A stretch of DNA of 64,000 nt from Oscillospiraceae bacterium. GTDB taxonomy: Bacteria; Bacillota; Clostridia; Oscillospirales; CAG-382. The DNA is taken from NCBI GenBank assembly GCA_015064895.1, contig SVRI01000002.1:84113-148112 (forward strand), written 5' to 3'. Under the pieces are notes generated by a model, which saw only the letters and a list, made by a program, of their open reading frames with translations, ran no database searches and was not told the origin of the DNA. How positions within the stretch are numbered: position 1 is the first letter of the stretch; each line of letters starts with the position of its first letter. Positions 10,312 through 17,058 of the stretch are shown here, one piece after another. A program made the translations under genes and the position numbers.

Positions 10312-10810
10312 AAGTCAGCGAGTTTTTTGCTTGCTGGCTTTTTTATATTATTCTTTCTGTACTTTTGCCCCGATGCAAAAGTACCAAAAAATCTCCACTC
10401 AAAAAGAGGGGATGGCTCATTCGGGAGGAATAAAGTACAAAAAGGCAAATTTTGACTAGGACAAATGAAACCAAACACTTCTACGAAGCCGTCAAAATTT
10501 GAACATCTACAAACTTCAATGATACTGCCGCCCTCATTCCGCTGACTTCCCCTCTTTCGCCGTGGTGGCTTAACTTCCCTCTCTTGGTGTTGGTGCAAAT
10601 CTGAAGTAAATTCGGTTGGTTGGATTGAATGTGTTCAGCCGATGTATCCCAAGCGATGCCGGGTGCGTTTTCGCGGAAATAAGGTTTGAAACTCTGTAAA
10701 CACTTACCCGCGTTGTGAGAGGTAAGCCGCCGCAGGTCGGGAAAGCCCGACCACCGCAGTGACGAAATACTCCTCTATGTACAAAGAAAGGCGTACCGAA
10801 GTACGCCTTA
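10312..10810 (+). repeat. family A large modular structured repeat, copy 1 (candidate ncRNA or MITE-like element)
   Basis: Collinear with the minus strand of 49111-48692 and partly with 16487-16716. Parts: H0 terminator-like hairpin 10312-10340; H1 gtacttttgc/gcaaaagtac 10359-10384; helix aaagagggga (10403-12) with tcccctcttt (10548-57); inner helix caaattttgac (10445-55) with gtcaaaatttg (10491-501); helix 10564-10583 with 10717-10733; hairpin gtcgggaaagcccgac 10736-51; terminal hairpin 10787-10810. Confidence 0.75.
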
Positions 10811-10829
10811 AAATTCATTCAGCCCTAAG

Positions 10830-10862
10830 AAAACGCCCCTTATTGGCGTTTTTTGTTTTTTT
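10830..10862 (+). terminator. terminator-like hairpin plus T-run downstream of family A copy 1
   Basis: aacgcc (10832-37) pairs with ggcgtt (10845-50), followed by ttttgttttttt. No plus-strand CDS ends nearby, so it could terminate a transcript of the repeat itself. Confidence 0.45.
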
Positions 10863-10972
10863 CACGGAACTTTTTTTATTTTTATACGTCTTACAAGTGT
10901 AAAATGCTTAAAATCTCCTTTTAAACAGCTTTTTACAATTATCGCTTCCTCCTATTTTTTGCGATAATTGAG

Positions 10973-11003
10973 CAGCCGTGCCCATCGGGGCACGGCTGTT
11001 TTC
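10973..11003. terminator. GC-rich hairpin at the dnaE 3' end (T-run on the plus side)
   Basis: cagccgtgccc (10973-83) pairs with gggcacggctg (10988-98), followed by ttttctttt on plus. It lies 3 nt from the dnaE stop codon (11006-11008) and is possibly bidirectional. Confidence 0.5.
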
Positions 11004-11005
11004 TT

Positions 11006-14000
11006 TTATTTTTTGTCCTTTAGTTTGACATTCTCTTTGCCGAGAATTCTATAAAGGGTTTCGAGCATGGTATCCGTTACAAACGAATGGGTGTCAAGGG
11101 CACGGACAAGCTTCTTTGTGTCATCGAAGTAGATATACACATCCTGTTTTCCGTAATTGTAGATTTCAAGTACGCTCTGCGTCATGTGCATTTCATTTGA
11201 ATTTTCACTCGGAATTTTCAGGTACAGATCCTGCATTTTTCTTTCGGGTTCAGGAGTGTATACCTCCCTCTCGGGCGGTGTTTGTCTGACATTCCCTCCC
11301 ATGATTGCCGAAAGATTGACCTTCACTTTCTTTGCGTCATCATTTGCAGGCGGTGTATACTGTTTTTTCTCAATTACAGGTATTTCGCCTTCTTTTACGT
11401 CAAAGATACTGCGAACAAGGATTTTTGGTTCTTCCTTTTGTTCTTCACCGTCATCATTTCTTGATTCCTTGACGGATATTTCGCCCGTAACACCGAGAAT
11501 CTTACCCGGCTGAAGCTTTGAAACATTGGCTTCATACACATTCGGGAAAACAATAAGCTCAATTTCACCCGATTCGTCTTCAAGCTGTACAAACGCCATT
11601 CTTGTATCGCTCTTTGTCAGCTTTTCCTTCTTTGAAGAAACAAGACCGAGAAGCGTCACCGTCTTTCCGTCACGGTACTTTGATTTATCCCCGTCTGCAA
11701 CGGCATTATTGATATCCGACAGCTTATCGCACCTTAGCTTCTTTGATGTTTCTGCATATCTTTCAAGGGGATGTCCCGAAAGATAGAGTCCTGTCATCTC
11801 CTTTTCCATGGCAAGCTTTTCATAATGCGAAAACTCGGGTATATCGGGGTAGGAAATATTGAGAGAACCAACATCATCTTCACTTGTATCAACGGCTGAG
11901 AACATATCGAACTGCCCCTCAACATTTCTGTGGTTTCTTCTCTGAAGTGCATCAATTGCATCCTCAAATACCGAGAGAAGCTGACTTCGTTTTTTTCCGC
12001 CGAGACCGTCAAGTGCACCTGCTTTAATGAGGCTTTCAACCATACGTTTATTGATTTCGCCGTCGCTCATTCGTGTGAGGAAATCTTCAAGGCTTACAAA
12101 TTTTCCGCCGCTTCGTTTTTTGATTATCTCCTTAACAAAGCCTTCGCCGACATTCTTTATTGCCATAAGACCGAAAACAATACCGTCTTGTCCTGCCGAG
12201 AAGGTAAGCGAGCTTGTATTGACATCCGGTCGTGTCACGGCAACACCCATCTTTTTACTCGAGCCGATATATTCCATTACCTTATCGGTACTGTTTATGA
12301 CACTCGACAGAAGCGAAGCCATATATTCTTTGGGATAATGGCATTTGAGATATGCCGTATAATAGGCAAGATAGGCATAGCACGCCGCATGGGATTTATT
12401 GAAAGCATACTGGGCAAAGGTTGCCATATCGTCATATATTTCCTTTGCAGCCTCCTCGGACACACCGTTATTTATACAGCCGGGAACTTCCACGTTTCCG
12501 TTTTCATCCTTTTTACCGTAGATGAAGTATTCCCTTTCACGTTCCATGACGTCCCTTTTCTTTTTGGACATGGCACGTCTTACAATATCGGCTCTGCCAA
12601 AGGAATAGCCTGCAAGTTTACGGAAGACCTGCATAACCTGCTCCTGATATACTATACAGCCGTTGGTAACATTCAGGATTTCTTCTAAGTTCGGATCTGC
12701 ATATTTTACACCCTTCGGGTTCTTTCTGTTTTCAAGGAACTTCGGAATTGAGTCCATGGGGCCGGGTCTGTAAAGAGAAATGGCGATTGTGATATCTTCG
12801 ATATTCTTTGGAACCATTCTCACAAGCAGGCTTCTCATTCCGCCCGACTCAAGCTGGAATATGCCGTCGGTATCACCTTTTGCAAGAAGGCCATAGGTCT
12901 TTTCATCGTCAAGGGGAATATCCGACACGGATAGTCCCGCACTTTTTGCCGCTTCATAGATGACCGTAAGGTATCTAAGTCCGAGAAAGTCGATTTTAAG
13001 AAGTCCCAAATCCGCGATTTCATTCATTGTATACTGGGTTACAATGCAGTCGCCGTTCATGGAAAGGGGTACATATTCCGAGACGGGTTTATCGGTGATT
13101 ACCACACCTGCCGCATGAGTAGATGTATTTCTCGGCATACCCTCGATTTTCTTTGCGATATTTATAAGGGAATTTACCTTGAAATCTTCTCGGCAAAGCT
13201 CTCGAAGCTCGCTGCTTTCTTCAAGTGCCTGACTGAGTGTTATATTGAAAGGACGGGGTATAAGCTTTGCAACCCTATCGACATCGGCATAAGGCATTCC
13301 GAGAACACGTCCGACATCCCTTATTGCCGCCTTTGCCGCAAGTGTACCGAAGGTTACAATCTGTGCAACATGGTCTTTACCGTATTTATTCGCAACGTAG
13401 TCTATGACCTCCTGCCGTCTGAAGTAGCAGAAGTCTACGTCAAAGTCGGGCATACTTACCCTTTCGGGGTTAAGGAAGCGTTCAAAAAGAAGGTCATGGG
13501 GAATGGGGTCAACGTCGGTAATGCCGAGGCAATATGCCGCAAGGCTGCCTGCACCCGAGCCTCTGCCGGGACCTACGGGAATACCCTCACTCTTTGCGTG
13601 GGCAATAAAGTCACGCACTATAAGATAGTATTCGTCATAGCCCATGGTATTGACCACGGATAACTCGTATTCGAGACGTTTTTCGTATGCATCTCTGTCA
13701 GGTTTTTCATACTTTGAAAGACGTCTTTCAAGTCCTTCGTGACAGAGTTTATCAAGGTACTGTTTTGATGTAAGTCCGTCGGGCGGATAAAATGCAGGAA
13801 GGAACAATTTATCAAATTCAAAGTCAAAGTTACACTTTTGTGCAATCTTCAATGTATTCTCAAGTGCCTCGGGAACATCGCCGAAAAGTATTTTCATTTC
13901 ATCGGGTGTTTTGAGGTAAAATTCATCCTGTTCAAAGCCCTTATGTCTGCCGTCGGCAAGGGTGGTCTGGGTCTGGATGCACATAAGAACTGCCTGTGTC

Positions 14001-14641
14001 TGGGCATCGTCTTTATCTATATAATGGGCATCGTTTGTTGCGACAAGGGGGATGTTCAGCTTTTTGGAAAGCTCTACAAGCTTTTCATTTACGATTTCCT
14101 GTTCGTCAATACCGTGTCTCTGAAGTTCAAAGTAGTAGTCCTCACCGAAAAGGGATTTCATTTTGAGTGCGTGATTTACGGCATCATCTATATTTCCGTC
14201 GAGAATCTTCTGAGGAACAAATCCGGCAAGGCATGCCGAAAGGCACACAAGTCCTTCATGGTACTCTTCGAGAAGCGACATATCAATTCTCGGTTTTGAG
14301 TAAAAGCCTTCGGTAAAGCCGAGGGACACCATTTTAATGAGGTTCTTATAGCCCGTCTCATTTTTACAGAGCAGTACAAGGTGATTATATTTTGCGTCAA
14401 GATTTCTGTCCCTGCCGTGTCGGGAATTCGGTGCAACATACACCTCACATCCGATAATGGGTTTTATTCCGTTATCTTTACAGGCTTTATAAAATTCAAC
14501 AGCACCGTACATAACGCCGTGGTCGGTTACAGCAAGAGCAGGCATACCGCAATCTTTTGCCTTTTTAGCCGCCTCTCTTATTCTACAGGCACCGTCAAGA
14601 AGGCTATATTCTGTATGGACGTGTAAATGGACAAAGGACAT
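11006..14641 (-). CDS. dnaE: DNA polymerase III subunit alpha (DnaE type)
   Basis: ORF 11006..14650 trimmed to ATG 14641 (AGGTG 6 nt upstream). PHP N-terminus MSFVHLHVHTEYSLLDG, polymerase core, and an OB fold near the C-terminus. There is no PolC-type exonuclease insert. Confidence 0.93.
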   Translation of the reverse strand: MSFVHLHVHTEYSLLDGACRIREAAKKAKDCGMPALAVTDHGVMYGAVEFYKACKDNGIKPIIGCEVYVAPNSRHGRDRNLDAKYNHLVLLCKNETGYKNLIKMVSLGFTEGFYSKPRIDMSLLEEYHEGLVCLSACLAGFVPQKILDGNIDDAVNHALKMKSLFGEDYYFELQRHGIDEQEIVNEKLVELSKKLNIPLVATNDAHYIDKDDAQTQAVLMCIQTQTTLADGRHKGFEQDEFYLKTPDEMKILFGDVPEALENTLKIAQKCNFDFEFDKLFLPAFYPPDGLTSKQYLDKLCHEGLERRLSKYEKPDRDAYEKRLEYELSVVNTMGYDEYYLIVRDFIAHAKSEGIPVGPGRGSGAGSLAAYCLGITDVDPIPHDLLFERFLNPERVSMPDFDVDFCYFRRQEVIDYVANKYGKDHVAQIVTFGTLAAKAAIRDVGRVLGMPYADVDRVAKLIPRPFNITLSQALEESSELRELCREDFKVNSLINIAKKIEGMPRNTSTHAAGVVITDKPVSEYVPLSMNGDCIVTQYTMNEIADLGLLKIDFLGLRYLTVIYEAAKSAGLSVSDIPLDDEKTYGLLAKGDTDGIFQLESGGMRSLLVRMVPKNIEDITIAISLYRPGPMDSIPKFLENRKNPKGVKYADPNLEEILNVTNGCIVYQEQVMQVFRKLAGYSFGRADIVRRAMSKKKRDVMEREREYFIYGKKDENGNVEVPGCINNGVSEEAAKEIYDDMATFAQYAFNKSHAACYAYLAYYTAYLKCHYPKEYMASLLSSVINSTDKVMEYIGSSKKMGVAVTRPDVNTSSLTFSAGQDGIVFGLMAIKNVGEGFVKEIIKKRSGGKFVSLEDFLTRMSDGEINKRMVESLIKAGALDGLGGKKRSQLLSVFEDAIDALQRRNHRNVEGQFDMFSAVDTSEDDVGSLNISYPDIPEFSHYEKLAMEKEMTGLYLSGHPLERYAETSKKLRCDKLSDINNAVADGDKSKYRDGKTVTLLGLVSSKKEKLTKSDTRMAFVQLEDESGEIELIVFPNVYEANVSKLQPGKILGVTGEISVKESRNDDGEEQKEEPKILVRSIFDVKEGEIPVIEKKQYTPPANDDAKKVKVNLSAIMGGNVRQTPPEREVYTPEPERKMQDLYLKIPSENSNEMHMTQSVLEIYNYGKQDVYIYFDDTKKLVRALDTHSFVTDTMLETLYRILGKENVKLKDKK

Positions 14642-14649
14642 ATATTTCA

Positions 14650-14785
14650 CCTACTTTCTCTTTCGCAGAGAAAGTAGGCAAAGAGAACTCGCATTTTGCA
14701 CCTTTCTGCAAAGATTTAATATTCTGTTTATCACTCGATTGGTTTACCGTTCGACCGCCATATATCCAAGCGGTCGAACTCATTA
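14650..14785 (-). repeat. family B bipartite hairpin element, copy B1 (the entire whiA-dnaE intercistronic region)
   Basis: Minus-strand reading: TAATGAG, then hairpin 1 (gttcgaccg / loop cttggatatatgg / cggtcgaac, 14779-14749), about 70 nt, then hairpin 2 (cctactttctct / gcgaa / agagaaagtagg, 14678-14650). It aligns end to end with 21084-20947. Confidence 0.8.
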
Positions 14786-15493
14786 TTCTCCAAATGCAAT
14801 CTTAATAAGTTTCTCAAGTCTATGATTCACGCACGACTTTGTAATGGGCGGCTCATGGATTGCAGCCAAGTCCGTAAGAGACAAATCGGGGTTATCACGG
14901 CGGAGTATTGCGGTATAGAGCAGTTTTTCAGGCAGGGTATCAAACTTTTCATCTTTTATCAGTTCATTTATTGCGTCAAGCTGTCTTACTGTAGCATTTG
15001 CACTCTTTTGCATATTCGCCATTTCGCAGTTATTTACCCTGTTTACATTATTGCGTATGTTCTTTTCTATCTGTGTGTTCACCAAATCAAAGGCACATTT
15101 CTGTGCACCCATAAGCGAAAGTACTGCAAATATGGTATCGCCGTCTTTGAAATAGACAATGTACTTTTCACGTCTCTTTGACACCTTTGCCTCAAGTCCC
15201 ATTTCACGAAGCAGAATACACAGCTCGTCTGCATTCATTTCGCTTTTCACCTTCATTTCAAGGTGGCCTCTCTTATCGGGTGAATTGACAGAGCCGCATT
15301 TTAAAAACACGCCTCTTAAAAATGCATTTTTACATTCGGGACAGGTAAAATTTTCCCTTTCAATCAATGCATTCTCATTCAAAAACCTATCGGCATTTTC
15401 TATTGCTTTTTTACAGCATCTTTTCTCCTTGATGGACAAAAGTGCCTGCTTAACCTGTCCCGTAAAGGTGAGTTTTTCGTCTTGTTTTATCAT
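14783..15493 (-). CDS. whiA: DNA-binding protein WhiA, compact form
   Basis: 236 aa. ECKNAFLRGVFLKCGSVNSPDKRGHLEM, RNNVNRVNNCEMANMQKS and the C-terminal HTH ITKSCVNHRLEKL match WhiA regions I remember from B. subtilis YvcL. About 80 aa of the N-terminal half appear to be missing. Confidence 0.8.
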   Translation of the reverse strand: MIKQDEKLTFTGQVKQALLSIKEKRCCKKAIENADRFLNENALIERENFTCPECKNAFLRGVFLKCGSVNSPDKRGHLEMKVKSEMNADELCILLREMGLEAKVSKRREKYIVYFKDGDTIFAVLSLMGAQKCAFDLVNTQIEKNIRNNVNRVNNCEMANMQKSANATVRQLDAINELIKDEKFDTLPEKLLYTAILRRDNPDLSLTDLAAIHEPPITKSCVNHRLEKLIKIAFGE

Positions 15494-16395
15494 AATGAGA
15501 AAAATTCTCCGTCTTTATTAAGAAGTTTTATTTCGGCTTGCATTATAACGCCGTTCTTTTGTTTTATGGTTTCTCTTATGTGCCTCATAAGCGACAGCAC
15601 ATCTGAAGTTGTTGCATTATCTCTGTTTATAACAAAGCCTGCGTGCTTTTCGGAAACCTGTGCACCGCCCATACTGAAGCCTTTGAGACCTGCTTCTTCA
15701 ATAAGTGCACCGGCAAAATATCCTTCGGGACGTTTGAATGTACTGCCGCAGGAAGGGTATTCGAGGGGCTGTTTATCGACACGTCTTTGCATTATTTCTT
15801 TGGCATTTTTTACGCACTCATCGGCATCGGCTTTTGTAAGAGAAAACTCTGCACCGAGTATTACAAAACCATTCTTCTGGAATATGCTTGTTCTGTAGCC
15901 AAACTCACAATCCTCATTGGAAAATTCGACTATATTTCCGTCATTATCAAGTGCCGTAACCTTTGTTATTACGTCCTTTGCTTCACCGCCGTAAGCACCT
16001 GCGTTCATATAGACAGCACCGCCCACACTTCCGGGGATTCCGTAGGCAAATTCAAGTCCCGAAAGTCCTTTTCGGCACATATCGATGGAAATCTTTGTAA
16101 AGGAAACACCTGCCGAGGCATAGACGGTGTTTTCATCCTTCATCTCCACGTTTTTCATGTCGGTGGTAACAACAAGCGGCACTTCTATATCCCCATCCGG
16201 AAGAAGTACATTTGACATATTACCGAGGACTATGTATTTTTTATTTTCGGCTTTGAGCATCTTTATTATTTCACAAAGTTCCCTCTCATTTTCGGGGAAA
16301 TAGGCACATTTTGCCTTTCCGCCCGTTTTCATGGAGGCAAGGTTTTTCATTTCTTTGTTAAGGATTGGTGTGAGCATACTTTTCTCCTTATACAT
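15490..16395 (-). CDS. murB: UDP-N-acetylenolpyruvoylglucosamine reductase
   Basis: 301 aa. FAD-binding N-domain (VLGNMSNVL, GIPGSVGGAVYMNAGAYG). C-terminal GSTFKRP, AGALIEEAGLKG and GGAQVSEKHAGFVIN. Confidence 0.92.
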   Translation of the reverse strand: MYKEKSMLTPILNKEMKNLASMKTGGKAKCAYFPENERELCEIIKMLKAENKKYIVLGNMSNVLLPDGDIEVPLVVTTDMKNVEMKDENTVYASAGVSFTKISIDMCRKGLSGLEFAYGIPGSVGGAVYMNAGAYGGEAKDVITKVTALDNDGNIVEFSNEDCEFGYRTSIFQKNGFVILGAEFSLTKADADECVKNAKEIMQRRVDKQPLEYPSCGSTFKRPEGYFAGALIEEAGLKGFSMGGAQVSEKHAGFVINRDNATTSDVLSLMRHIRETIKQKNGVIMQAEIKLLNKDGEFFSL

Positions 16396-16486
16396 TTATT
16401 CATTATAAGTATAGCATGGAAATAGAGCTTTGTGAAGTGTTTTTTTACTTTTAATAGCAAAATTTTATAAAACCGTATCATTTTTC

Positions 16487-16810
16487 ATTTCTGTTCTTTT
16501 GTCCCGAAACAAAAGAACCAAAAATTCTCCACTCAAAAAGAGGGGATGGCTCATTCGGGAAAAGCAAAATGCAAAAAGGCAAATTTTGACTAGGACAAAT
16601 GAAACCAAATACTTCTACGAAGCCGTCAAAATTTGGGTATCGTCAAACTTCATTTATACTGCCGCCCGCCTTGCGCTGACTTCCCCTCTTTCGCCGTGGC
16701 GGCTTAACTCCTCTCACTGTTTGTGCGACACCAATGATTGGCGAACAAATAAAATTTCCCGTGAATTTGCTGTCGGGCTTTCCCGACCCGTGGCGGCTTA
16801 ACTCCTCTCA
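16487..16810 (+). repeat. family A modular structured repeat, copy 2
   Basis: H1 gttcttttgt/acaaaagaac at 16493-16518. Helix aaagagggga (16537-46) with tcccctcttt (16682-91). The 23-nt motif ccgtggcggcttaactcctctca occurs twice as a perfect direct repeat (16694-16716, 16788-16810). Hairpin gtcgggctttcccgac at 16772-87 is the inverse complement of 10736-51. Confidence 0.75.
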
Positions 16811-16837
16811 TTCAGTGTAGTGCAAGATATAATGATG

Positions 16838-16866
16838 TTGACAATTATTTTTAATTGTAGTAAAAT
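16838..16866 (+). promoter_or_regulatory. sigma-70/SigA-type promoter upstream of the LRR protein gene
   Basis: TTGACA (16838-43), exactly 17 nt, then TAAAAT (16861-66). This implies a 5' leader of about 185 nt. Confidence 0.55.
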
Positions 16867-17058
16867 CAACTTGCTACATGCTACACAAAATTAAATTATT
16901 TTCACTGCTAATAGTGTGTATTTTTTTAGGTAAAAATGCACGCTCTATCCGTCATACTGTTAGTAGTGGATTGATTTTGTGTAGCAACAAGCGGAGCTGC
17001 GTTTTTCGTGTGTGGCTCTGTTTGGGCTACACACTTTTTTATTTTAGGAGGTATTTCC

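Noticed and set aside
10293-10818. ORFs of 82-101 aa inside family A copy 1. Similar ORFs occur at 16499-16801, 48425-48628 and 48991-49221.
   Set aside because: The ORFs lie on different strands and frames in the different copies, lack SD sequences and are interrupted differently. The differences between copies are compensatory in helices rather than synonymous, so the region is non-coding.
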